From an uncultured Actinomycetes bacterium (lineage in GTDB: Bacteria > Actinomycetota > Actinomycetes > Streptosporangiales > Streptosporangiaceae), in NCBI GenBank assembly GCA_963795575.1, contig CAWCII010000012.1, forward strand, positions 15,624 to 79,623: a stretch of DNA of 64,000 nt. Direction: 5' to 3'. The notes under the pieces are model-generated. The model was not told the origin of the DNA. It made no database searches and saw only the letters and a list, made by a program, of their open reading frames with translations. This document shows positions 23,938-33,165 of this stretch, in pieces. The translations under genes were made by a program, and so were the position numbers. Within the stretch, counting starts at the first letter, position 1; every line of letters begins with the position of its first letter.

Positions 23938-24596
23938 TGCGGGTCGCGATCGCCGGCGCCGGCGCGGTCGGCAAGTCCATCGCCACCGAGCTGCTGGAAA
24001 ACGGCCATGAGGTCCTGCTCATCGACAAGAGCGCCCGGTCCATCCAGGTGGACAGCGTGCCGCGGGCGGAATGGCTGCTCGCCGACGCCTGCGAGATCAC
24101 GTCGCTGGACGATGCCGGGCTGGAACGCTGCAACGTGGTGATCTGCGCGACCGGCGACGACAAGGTGAACCTGGTCGTCTCGCTGCTGGCGAAGACCGAG
24201 TACGGCGTCCCGCGGGTCGTCGCCCGGGTCAATGACCCCAAGAACGAGTGGCTGTTCAACGAGTCCTGGGGCATCGACGTCGCCGTCTCCACTCCCCGGC
24301 TGCTCTCCGCGCTCGTCGAGGAGGCGGTCAGCGTGGGCGACCTGGTCAGGCTGATGACGTTCCGGCAGAGCAACGCCAACCTGGTGGAGCTGACCATGCC
24401 GGCCGATGCCCCGCTGGCCGGGCAGCGGGTCGGGGACATCGACTGGCCGGTGGACACCGCGCTGGTGGCCATCCTGCGCGAGGGCCGGGTGATCGTGCCG
24501 CACGCCGACGACCCGCTGGAGACCGGGGACGAGCTGCTGTTCGTGACGAACGAGGACGTCGAGGACCAGCTCGGCGAGCTGCTCTCCGCGCAGTAG
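23937..24596 (+). CDS. trkA: potassium uptake TrkA family protein, second paralogue
   Basis: Intact 219-aa ORF (MRVAIAGAGAVGKSIA). Its start overlaps the upstream stop (TGATG). Confidence 0.88.
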   Translation: MRVAIAGAGAVGKSIATELLENGHEVLLIDKSARSIQVDSVPRAEWLLADACEITSLDDAGLERCNVVICATGDDKVNLVVSLLAKTEYGVPRVVARVNDPKNEWLFNESWGIDVAVSTPRLLSALVEEAVSVGDLVRLMTFRQSNANLVELTMPADAPLAGQRVGDIDWPVDTALVAILREGRVIVPHADDPLETGDELLFVTNEDVEDQLGELLSAQ

Positions 24597-24711
24597 CGCC
24601 CTGCCGGGCGGCAGCGCACCCGGGCCAGGTTGCCGTCATCCGCGTACGGGCGCGCCCGATCGGCCGGCCATTCCCGGCTATTGCGGGCCAATCTGCCGCC
24701 CGTTATCCGGG

Positions 24712-25365
24712 TCAGCGCGTCTCGGTGATCTCCGGGCCCCGCTCGAACGGGCTGGGATACTCGCCGCGCTCCTGGGCCTGCGCCATCTCGTCCTCGATCG
24801 CCTGGCGCATCTCGGCCGGAAGCTGGATTTCCAGCAGATCGCGCGGCGGGGCCGGGTGGTCGCCGCGGACCACCACGATGTCGGCGAAGATCTCCTCCAG
24901 CGGCCCGGCGAGCTCGGGACGGCTGGCGGCCTGGCCGCTGATCGTGCCCCGGAGCAGCCAGCGCGGGCCGTCCACGCCCAGGTAGCGGGCAGGCTGCAGG
25001 TCCAGCGGCACGCCGCCCGGCTCGGTGGGCACGCGGGCCAGCAGCTCGGGGCCGAACGGGCCCTCCGCCTCCTGCGACTCGCCGCCGACACTGCGGATCT
25101 CCTCGGCGATCTCGCCGCGGACGTCCTCCCACAGGCCGCCGCTCTTGGGCGCGGCGAACGCCTGCACCTGCAGGGCGCTGTCGCTGAGAGTCACGCTGGC
25201 CGCGACGATCTGCTCGCCGGCCACGTTGAGCTGGACTTCGGTGTCCGGGCTCACCGGGACCAGCAGGCTGCCGAGATCGACGCGCTGACGCTGCGGGTAC
25301 GGCTCGCGGGAATCCCAGGGGCCAGAGCCGGGCACCGGCGGCCGGGCAGCCTCCTCGCCGGCCAT
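24712..25365 (-). CDS. DUF3710 domain-containing protein
   Basis: Intact 217-aa ORF in the conserved actinobacterial position downstream of dut (GPWDSREP...VDLGSLLVP...LQVQAFAAPKSGGLWEDVR). Confidence 0.75.
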   Translation of the reverse strand: MAGEEAARPPVPGSGPWDSREPYPQRQRVDLGSLLVPVSPDTEVQLNVAGEQIVAASVTLSDSALQVQAFAAPKSGGLWEDVRGEIAEEIRSVGGESQEAEGPFGPELLARVPTEPGGVPLDLQPARYLGVDGPRWLLRGTISGQAASRPELAGPLEEIFADIVVVRGDHPAPPRDLLEIQLPAEMRQAIEDEMAQAQERGEYPSPFERGPEITETR

Positions 25366-25562
25366 GTCCTGGTCATCGGGGTAGCCGTCGCCGGCGTAGT
25401 CGTCATCGGGGTACAGGTCATCCCCCGGGTCAGCGTCTGCCGGTCCGGCCGGCTCGTCTTCGCCGGGCGGGCCCGGTATCCGTCCTGCCCTCGGGCATCG
25501 GCTCGTTCTCGCCCGCCTGGCGGCGCCGCCGGAACACTCCGCTCGCCCCCTACGATCCGTCT

Positions 25563-25617
25563 GTCACTGTCGTACGTCACTGTCTGTAGTCCACTGTCTG
25601 TGCGTCACTGTCTGTAC
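25563..25617. repeat. 4 x 13-14 bp tandem array (GTCACTGTCTGTAC) overlapping the dut stop
   Basis: Units read directly: GTCACTGTCGTAC / GTCACTGTCTGTAG / TCCACTGTCTGTGC / GTCACTGTCTGTAC. Confidence 0.85.
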
Positions 25618-26127
25618 GTCCTGGCCCGCGGGGGCTTGCGCCGTTCCCGCGTGACCGCCGGTCGAGCCGAATCCGCCGTCTCCCCGCGCCGACCCCGGCA
25701 GGACCTCGACCTCGTGAAACAGGGCCTGCTCGACCCGCTGGATCACCAGCTGCGCGACGCGGTCACCGCGCAGGAAGCGGACGGTCTGGGTGGCGTCCGT
25801 GTTCAGCATCGTGACCTTGATCTCGCCCCGGTACCCGGCGTCCACCGTTCCCGGCGCGTTCACGATCGTCACCCCGTGCCTGGCCGCGAGGCCCGAGCGC
25901 GGATGAACGAAGGCGGCATAGCCCGCGGGCAATGCTATCGCCAGTCCGGTGGGGACGATGGCGCGCTGGCCGGGGGCCAGCTCGACGTCGGCCGCCGTCA
26001 CCAGGTCGGCTCCGGCGTCCCCTGGATGAGCGTACCCGGGCAGCGGCACTCCCGGATCCAGGCGCCGGATCAGCACGTCCGCCCGGCCGTCCTGCCGCGC
26101 CGGCTCGTCCGCTTCCATCGGATTCAC
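25564..26127 (-). CDS. dut: dUTP diphosphatase
   Basis: Intact ORF ([37 protein letters not shown]). The last ~18 codons run through the tandem array. Confidence 0.92.
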   Translation of the reverse strand: MNPMEADEPARQDGRADVLIRRLDPGVPLPGYAHPGDAGADLVTAADVELAPGQRAIVPTGLAIALPAGYAAFVHPRSGLAARHGVTIVNAPGTVDAGYRGEIKVTMLNTDATQTVRFLRGDRVAQLVIQRVEQALFHEVEVLPGSARGDGGFGSTGGHAGTAQAPAGQDVQTVTHRQWTTDSDVRQ

Positions 26128-26314
26128 CCGCAGACCTTACCTCGGGACGTGCTCGCCGCCGAGCTCGTCGGCCTCCGCGGGCAAGGCCCGGGCCCGGCGG
26201 GCCACCGCGGCCGCCCGGCCGTCCTGCGCAGCCGTGGCCATGCCGCGTCCTGCCCCTGCTCCCCGCGCCAGATCCGCCAGGCCATGTTCCCACCTAACCA
26301 ACTACCGTAGACCC

Positions 26315-26863
26315 ATGCGCGACTACCGCGAACGGCTGCGCGCGCCGATCGGCTGGTGGCTGATCAGCGGCATGTGCGTCCTCATCCTCGGTACCGAGCT
26401 GTTCGCCGGTTTCAGCCTGGCCGTGGGCGTGGCGGTCTACGTCGTCCTCGCGCTGATCTGCGCCGTGACGCTGCTGCACTGGGGCGGGCCCGTGGTGAGC
26501 GTCAGCGGGGCCGAACTGCGCGTGGACGCGGCCCGGTGGCCGCTGGCCAGGGCCCTCGGCGCACTGACGGCCAGGCTGCCCTGGCGTCCGTTCGCGTCCA
26601 GGTCGCGGGCGGCGGCGCGGCTGCCGCTGGCCACGGCCGGCCTGGTGCGGCCGCTCGACGAGGCGCAGACCAGGGCGATGCGCGGGCCGCACGCGGATCC
26701 GGATGCCTACCTGCTGATCAGGCCCTATCTCAGGGAGTCGGTGTACGTCGAGGTCATCGGGGCAGATGCCCGGTGGCCGTACCTTCTGATCGGCACCAGG
26801 CAGCCCGCCCGCCTGGCCGACGCGATCGAGAGGTCACGGGCCGCGATGGCCTCCCGGGACTAG
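26315..26863 (+). CDS. DUF3093 domain-containing membrane protein
   Basis: ATG at 26315 within ORF 26234..26863 (MRDYRERLRAPIGWWLISG...). It has two TM helices and holds the conserved position opposite dut. Confidence 0.75.
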   Translation: MRDYRERLRAPIGWWLISGMCVLILGTELFAGFSLAVGVAVYVVLALICAVTLLHWGGPVVSVSGAELRVDAARWPLARALGALTARLPWRPFASRSRAAARLPLATAGLVRPLDEAQTRAMRGPHADPDAYLLIRPYLRESVYVEVIGADARWPYLLIGTRQPARLADAIERSRAAMASRD

Positions 26864-26948
26864 GGCGTGCCGACCGCAGCCGCGTGAGATGATCAGGAAC
26901 GGCCGGGCACCGACCATCCGGGTACGGGCCCGGCGTCAAGGAGGATAG

Positions 26949-27245
26949 ATGGCAGACAAGCGCGGGGACATCGGCAGCCGCGCGGTCGCCGGGATCGCCG
27001 CCATCGGCGCCGGATTCGTCACCCGCAAGGTAGTGACGCTGGCCTGGAAGAAGATCACCGGCAAGGAGCCGCCCGAGCATCCGGAGAACCCGGACGTCGG
27101 GTGGGCGGAGGCGATCGGCTGGGCCGTGGTGACGGGTGTCGCGATGTCGACCGCGCGGCTGCTGGCGACCCGGCTGGCCGCGCGGCGGATGTACGCCCCC
27201 TCGCCGGAGGCGGCCGCACCGAGAACGGCCGGCCGGGCGGGCTGA
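26949..27245 (+). CDS. DUF4235 domain-containing protein
   Basis: Intact 98-aa ORF (GSRAVAGIAAIGAGFVTRKVVTLAWKKITGKEPPEHPENPDVGWAEAIGWAVVTG). Confidence 0.75.
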   Translation: MADKRGDIGSRAVAGIAAIGAGFVTRKVVTLAWKKITGKEPPEHPENPDVGWAEAIGWAVVTGVAMSTARLLATRLAARRMYAPSPEAAAPRTAGRAG

Positions 27246-27366
27246 GCCCCGGCGCCGTCTCTCCCGGCCCGGCCGGATGGCCGGCCGCCCTCGCCGCCGC
27301 CGCTCCGGCACGTTACGATATATCTCGACTGGAGATGGGAGCGGTACGGAGCGAAGGAGGACGGCC

Positions 27367-27970
27367 ATGGATGCCGCCGAACCGCCGGCCCGGCAGGAGC
27401 CACCCGCCATGCGGGCATCCGACCAGGACCGGGAGGAGGCCACGCACCGGCTGCAGGCCGCGTTCGCCGAGGGCCGGCTGGACGATGCCGAGTTCGACCG
27501 GCGGATGCGCACGGCGCTGACCGCGGTGACCCGCCCCGAACTCGACCAGCTTTCCGCGGACCTTCCCGCGGCGCCGGCCGCGGCGCCGGCCCGCCGCGCT
27601 GCCGGAGCCCGGCAGGTACGCGGTCGCGTACAAGAACTCGATCCGCCGCGGCGGACGCTGGCGGGTTCCCGGCCGGTTCACGCCCGTGGTCTACAAGGGA
27701 AGCGGCTGGATCGACCTGCGCGCGGCCGAGCTGACCGAGCCGGTGACCACCGTCGTGGCCGTCGCGTACAAGTCGCGCATCGACATTCTCGTGCCGCCCG
27801 GCGTGCGGGTGGAGATGGACGGGTTCGGCGTGTCCAAGGGCTGGTCGGCCGAGGAGGAGTGGGAGAGCCAGCTTCCGCGGGACGCCCCCGTGGTGCACGT
27901 CCGCGGGGTCGCCTACAAGGGCACCATCGAGACCAGCACCCGGCCGCCGGAGACCGGGCGCGAGATCAGC
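27367..27970 (+). pseudogene. DUF1707 domain protein with LiaF-like C-terminal domain, frame hop near 27600; end approximate
   Basis: MRASDQDREEATHRLQAAFAEGRLDDAEFDRRMRTAL lies in ORF 27136..27996. VVYKGSGWIDLRAAELTEPVTTVVAVAYKSRIDILVPPGVRVEMDGFGVSKG lies in ORF 27686..28069. Confidence 0.7.
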
Positions 27971-28500
27971 CAGAGCCGCGCGCTCCGGGGCGGTAACCGA
28001 CCTCGTTGCCGTACATGGTGCCGAGCGCGTCGGCGATCAGCTCGATGCGGGCGCCGTCGGGATCGTTGAAGTACAGCGACGTGCCGCTCTCTTCCTGGTA
28101 GCCCACCCCGGCCTCGTAGAGCTTGTCGCGCAGCCGCGCCCACCGCCCGGGCTCGACCGAGATCGCCACGTGATGCAGGCCGCCGAGGACCTCGTCGTAC
28201 GGCCCCAGGTCGAGCCCGGGGAAGTCGAAGAAGGCCAGCAGGTTGCCGTGGCCCAGGTCGAAGAAGAAGTGGTTGGAGCCCGGCGTAGTCGCGGTTCTCG
28301 AAGATCTCGGTCAGCGGGAACTCGAGCATGCCCTGGTAGAACCGGATCGTGCGCTCGACGTCGGAGGACAGCAGCGCGACGTGATGCACGCCGCGCGCCG
28401 AGCTGGCCGGCCGGTCCTGGCGCAGGTACTGCGACCGCAGCCGGTCGCGGTCGGCGGTGATGGCGGCCGGGTCGAACCCGGCCGAGGGGTTGTCGCTCAT
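27966..28500 (-). pseudogene. VOC (glyoxalase/bleomycin resistance/dioxygenase) family protein, one frame hop near 28280
   Basis: ORF 27913..28500 gives the N-terminus (GVHHVALLSSDVERTIRFYQGMLEFPL). ORF 27966..28169 gives the C-terminus (HVAISVEPGRW...SLYFNDPDGARIELI). Confidence 0.75.
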
Positions 28501-28516
28501 GGCTGTCGGTCTCCCG

Positions 28517-29015
28517 TCAGGTGGCTGAGCCCGCCGCGGCGCCGGTCACCTGGTCGCCCCAGCGGGCCAGCGCGTCGTCCAGGTCGAGCGGGGCGATCAT
28601 GTCGCCCTTGGCCATCTCACTCTCCCAGTCCTGGGCCGGGACCCGCCACATAACCTCGAACTCGATCCCGTCCGGGTCCCTGGCGTACAGCGACTTGGAC
28701 ACCCGGTGGTCGCTGGCGCCGACCAGCGCGCCGCCCGCGTCCAGCCTGCCGCGGATCTCGGCCAGCTCGCCCAGCGTGCCCACCTCCCAGGCGAGGTGGT
28801 ACAGCCCGGCCTGCCGCTCCGCGGCCGGCGCGGGCCGGGCCGATCTGGAACAGGCCCAGGTCGTGGTCGTTGGCCGATCCGGGCGCGCCCAGGAAGGCGG
28901 CCTGCCCCGGGTACTCGGTGCGGACCTCGAAGCCGAGCATCTCGCGGTAGAAGGCCACGGCGCGGGACACGTCGCTGACGTAGAGCACGGCGTGGTTGAG
29001 CCGGCGGACGGGCAT
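28517..29015 (-). pseudogene. VOC family protein, one frame hop near 28830
   Basis: ORF 28617..29015 gives the N-terminus (MPVRRLNHAVLYVSDVSRAVAFYREMLGFEV). ORF 28517..28783 gives the C-terminus (SKSLYARDPDGIEFEVMW). Confidence 0.75.
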
Positions 29016-29104
29016 GACGGGGTCTCCTCGGTTGACGTGCGGCGCGGTTACCCGACTGTATCTCCGGGCGGCGGCCCGGTGTAGACCGCGCGGGGCCGCC
29101 GCGG
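29000..29104. repeat. direct repeat copy 1 (~105 bp; leader, RBS and first 5 codons of the VOC gene at 29015)
   Basis: Aligns by eye at >90% identity, with a few 1-nt indels, to 30087..30191. Confidence 0.85.
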
Positions 29105-29168
29105 AACCGGATCAGCTCGCGCTCCGTACCCCCGGCTGCCGGGCGAGCTAGGCCCGTTCCTCAGTCTA

Positions 29169-29190
29169 TTAATTCAATCGGAATAATTAA
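29169..29190. promoter_or_regulatory. AT-rich imperfect palindrome TTAATTC-aatcg-GAATAATTAA upstream of tauD
   Basis: Read directly. It is the only strongly AT-rich patch for kilobases and lies 66 nt upstream of the likely GTG start (29256, RBS GGAGGAGG). Confidence 0.3.
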
Positions 29191-29255
29191 CAATGCCTCA
29201 CGCGGGTGCTTACGTGGAAGGCGTAATCGCCTTCCGGCCCGGAGGAGGAGCGCCC

Positions 29256-30133
29256 GTGACCCACATCAGCCGAGCATCGACGTGCGGCAGGTCGCCGGGC
29301 ACATCGGAGCCGAGGTCACCGGCATCCGGGTGGGCCCGCGACCTGCCCGGCCGATCATGGAGATCATCCGGAACGCGCTGTACGAGCACAAGGTGATCTT
29401 CTTCCGCGGCCAGGATCACCTCGATGACCAGCGCCAGTCCGGGTTCGCCCGGCTGTTCGGGTACCTGGCCCGGCCGCATCCGGCGGCGGGGCAGGCCGGG
29501 GACCGCGGCGGGCCGGGCTGGACGCTGAGCCCGGCGGCGGCCCGGCCCGCGGCTGGCACAGCGACGTGACGTTCGTGGACCGCCCGCCCGCCTGTCCTTC
29601 GGCCGCGCGGTCACGGTCCCGCCCTTCGGGGGCGACACCGCCTGGGCGAACACGGCGGCCGCCTACCGGGCCCTGGCCCCGGATCTGCGGGAGCTCGCCG
29701 AGCGGCTGTGGGCGCTGCACACCGACGACTGGACCCACGCCGGCCCCGGTGGCGACGGGGCGAGCGGCGCCGGCGGGTACCAGACCGAGCACCCGGTGGT
29801 GCGGGTCCACCCGGCCACCGGCGAGCGCACGCTGCTGCTCGGCCGGTTCGCCCGTCGCATCCTGAGCGTCCCCGCGGCCGACTCCGCGTACCTGCTCGGG
29901 CTGTTCGGCCGGCAGGTGACCCGGCTGGAGAACACGGTGAGGTGGCGCTGGGCGCCGGGCGACCTCGCGGTGTGGGACAACCGGGCGACCCAGCGCTACC
30001 TGATCGAGGACTACGGCGACCTGCCGCGCCGGATGCACCGGGTAGAAGGCCGTGGCGCGGCGACACGTCGGTGAGCGTGGAGGCACAGCGTAGCTCGCCG
30101 GCGGACGGGCATGACGGCGGTCTCCTCGGTTGA
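29256..30133 (+). pseudogene. tauD: TauD/TfdA family 2OG-Fe(II) dioxygenase, at least 5-6 frame hops; 3' end uncertain (30074-30133)
   Basis: Fragments: IDVRQVAGHIGAEVTGIRVG, IRNALYEHKVIFFRGQDHLDDQRQSGFARLFG, HSDVTFVDRPP, FGGDTAWANTAAAY, HPVVRVHPATGERTLLLG, VRWRWAPGDLAVWDNRATQ. Confidence 0.8.
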
Positions 30134-30191
30134 CGTGCGGCCGCGGTGACCCGACTGTATCCCCGGGCGCCGGGCCGGTGTAGACCGCGGG
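30087..30191. repeat. direct repeat copy 2 (retains RBS + ATG CCC GTC CGC CGG, then diverges)
   Basis: See 29000..29104. Here the minus-strand remnant reads MPVRRRATLCL... antisense to the tauD 3' end. Confidence 0.85.
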
Positions 30192-30260
30192 GCCGCCGCG
30201 GGTGCCTGACCCGGACGGCGATGCTGCATGATGGTCTCCTGGTGACCGTGGAGGGCCGGG

Positions 30261-30833
30261 ATGACACTCTCGCTGCCGGTGAGCGACGACGCCAACGCGC
30301 TGCTGTCGCGCAGCCCGCTCGCGCTGCTGATCGGGATGCTGCTGGACCAGCAGGTGACGATAGAGAAGGCGTTCGGCTCGCCGGCCGTCCTGGTCGGGCG
30401 GCTCGGCCACGAGCCGGACGCCCGCGAGCTGGCCGGCTATGACCCCGAGGCGCTGGCCGCGGTCTTCGCGCAGCGGCCCGCCCTGCACCGGTACCCGCGG
30501 GCCATGGCCGCCCGGGTGCAGGAGCTGTGCCGCGTGATCGCCGACCGCTACGACGGCGACCCGGAGCTGATCTGGTCCGGCGCCAAATCCGGGGCCGAGC
30601 TGGCCGGGCGGGTGGCCGGGCTGCCCGGGTTCGGCGCGCAGAAGGCGCAGATCTTCGTCGCCCTGCTGGGCAAGCAGCTGGGCGTGCGGCCGAAGGGATG
30701 GCGCGCGGCGGCGGGATCGTTCGGCGACCGCGCCGCCTGCCGCTCGGTCGCCGACATCGTCGATGCGGAGTCGCTCGCCCGGGTCCGGGCGTACAAGCGG
30801 GAGCAGAAGGCCGCCGCCAGGGCCCGCGGGTAA
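30261..30833 (+). CDS. HhH-GPD-type base excision DNA repair protein
   Basis: Intact 190-aa ORF (LALLIGMLLDQQVTIEKAF...LPGFGAQKAQIFVALLGKQLGV). Confidence 0.75.
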   Translation: MTLSLPVSDDANALLSRSPLALLIGMLLDQQVTIEKAFGSPAVLVGRLGHEPDARELAGYDPEALAAVFAQRPALHRYPRAMAARVQELCRVIADRYDGDPELIWSGAKSGAELAGRVAGLPGFGAQKAQIFVALLGKQLGVRPKGWRAAAGSFGDRAACRSVADIVDAESLARVRAYKREQKAAARARG

Positions 30834-30929
30834 CCCGCGGCGCGGCTCTGGCCGCGGGCGGACAGCCGCCAGGAAGTCACCCGCCCGGAGGGCAGCCCTC
30901 CGCCGGGCAGCCGCCAGCTCGGGCTGGCG

Positions 30930-31124
30930 CTACCGGTCGCCGAGCTGGCGGCGGCGCTGCTGGCGCAGCCGGCGCCGCTGGGACGGGTCGAGCATGAAGT
31001 AGGCCGCGGCCGGGATGGCTATCGCGGCCGCGATGATCAGGATTACCGCCCACGCGGGCAGGACGATGAGCAGGATCAGCCCGATGATGATCCCGCCGAT
31101 CGCGAACTTCATATGGTTCGTCAT
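30930..31124 (-). CDS. small two-TM membrane protein with Arg-rich tail
   Basis: Intact 64-aa ORF (FAIGGIIIGLILLIVLPAWAVILIIAAAIAIPAAAYF...QRRRLRQQRRRQLGDR). Its codon usage is clearly less GC-rich than its neighbours. Confidence 0.5.
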   Translation of the reverse strand: MTNHMKFAIGGIIIGLILLIVLPAWAVILIIAAAIAIPAAAYFMLDPSQRRRLRQQRRRQLGDR

Positions 31125-31260
31125 CTCCGCCTTCCCCTGGCCCGGCAGGGGCCGTTACGCCGTGAACCGCATTGCCCTAACTGAACCACATCTGGTCTCG
31201 TACCGGTTAAACGACCGGCCGCCCCCGCCGTGTTCCGGGCCGGCCGGGGCCGTCGCGAGC

Positions 31261-33083
31261 CTAGCGGCCGACCGCGTAGCCCTGCATCCCCCGCGGGTTC
31301 GCGGCCGCGTACAGGAACCCGCCGGACCGGGCCGCCGCGCTGACCCGGCCGAGCGACCACGGCGGCACGACCGTCACCTGGTGCCCCCGGGCGCGAAGCG
31401 CGGCGATCACCTCCGGGCCGGCCCGCTCCTCGACGTCAACGGCCAGCGGGCAGGACTCGCGCGGGTAGAACGAGGACGGGAAGTGCCGGGTGTGGAAGGC
31501 GGGCGCGTCGATCGCCTGCTGCAGGTTCATGCCGAACTGCACGTGGTTGAGGAAGAACCCCAGGGTCCACTGGTCCTGCTGGTCACCGCCCGGCGTGCCG
31601 AACGCGAGATACGGCTCGCCGCCGCGCAGCGCCAGGCCCGGGCTGAGCGTGGTGCGCGGCCGCTTGCCGGGGGCCAGCGTGCCGGGCAGCCCGGGGGTGA
31701 GAGTGAACATCTGCGCCCGGGTGCCCAGGCCGAAGCCGAGCCCGGGGATGACCGGCGAGCTCTGCAGCCAGCCGCCGCTCGGCGTGGCGGACACCAGGTT
31801 CCCGAACCGGTCCGCCACGTCCAGGTGGCAGGTGTCGCCCGTCCCGGCCGGCCCGCCGCCGCCCGGCTCAGCGGCTCCCCGGTGCCCGGGTCGAGCGCCG
31901 CCGCCGGCCGGGCCCGGCCGCGGCGGAGGCGGCCGGCGCGAACCGGGGCAGCCGCGGCGCGCGGCCGCCCGGTGCCCCGGGAACCAGGTCGGGCCGGGCG
32001 CTGGCGCCGACCAGCCCGCGGCGCTCGCGCCGCGTACCCGGGCGACAGCAGGTCGTCCAGCGGGACGTCGGTGAACCGCGGGTCTCCGTACCACGCCTCG
32101 CGGTCCGCGAAGGCCAGCTTCGCGCACTCCACCACGACGTGGATGAGCTCGGCGCTGCCCGGGCCCATGCCCGCCAGGTCGAACCCGGCCAGCAGGGCCA
32201 GCTGCTGCAGGAACACCGGGCCCTGCCCCCAGGGCGGCGTCTTGCACACGGTCAGGCCCTGGTAGTCCAGGGTCGCCGGCGGCTCGGCGGCGGCCGCCAG
32301 CCGGCCAGGTCGTCGTAGCCGAGCAGGGCGCGGTGGCGGTCCCCGGTGACGTCAAGCACCTCGGCCCGGGCCAGCCAGCCGGCGATGGCCTCGGCGACGA
32401 ACCCCCGGTAGAACGCCTGCCGCGCCGCCTCGATCTGCTCGTCCCGGTCCGGGCCCGCGGCTTCGGCCTCGGCCAGGATCCGCCGGTAGGTGGCGGCCAG
32501 CACGGGATTGGCGAGCCTGGTTCCCGGCGCGGGAACGCCGCCGGGCCGCCGTGGCCCAGGTAGATCTCGGCCGAGGACGGCCAGTGCTCGCGGAACAGCC
32601 CGGCCACGCTCGCGATGCCCGTGCTGATCGCGGGCACCACCGGGTAGCCGCCGGCCGCGTACCCGATGGCGCGGTCGAGCACGGCGCGCAGCGGCAGGCG
32701 GCCGCGGTCGCGCAGCAGCAGCATCCAGGTCCCGAACGCGGCGGGCACGCAGGCCGCCAGCAGGCCGTTGCCCGGCACGAGATCCAGGCCGAGGCCGTCG
32801 AACGCGGCCAGCGTGGCCGCCGCGGGCGCCGGCCCCTGCCCGCCCAGGACGAACGTCTCGCCGCGCGGCCGCGTCGAACCCGATGACCGGGACCTCGCCG
32901 CCCGGCCCGTTCAGGTGCGGCTCGACTACCTGCAGCACCAAGCCCGGCCGCCACCGCGGCGTCGAAGGCGTTGCCGCCCTGCTCCAGCACGGCCATGCCG
33001 GCCGCCGACGCCAGCCAGTGCGTCGAGGCCACCATCCCGAACGTGCCGGCCAGCTCGGGCCGGGTGGTGAAGGGAGAGGTCAT
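31261..33083 (-). pseudogene. ggt: gamma-glutamyltransferase family protein, many frame hops
   Basis: N-terminus: MTSPFTTRPELAGTFGMVASTHWLASAAGMAVLEQGGNAFDAAVAAG. Middle: VVEPHLNGPGGEVPV. C-terminus: GDTCHLDVADRFGNLVSATPSGGWLQSSPVIPGLGFGLGTRAQMF...LAFGTPGGDQQDQW. Confidence 0.85.
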
Positions 33084-33165
33084 GGTCCCTGACGTTAGCG
33101 AGGCCCGCCGCCCACGGGCGCGCCGGTCGCGGTCACGGTATGCGCCGCCGGTAACGTCTGACCGC

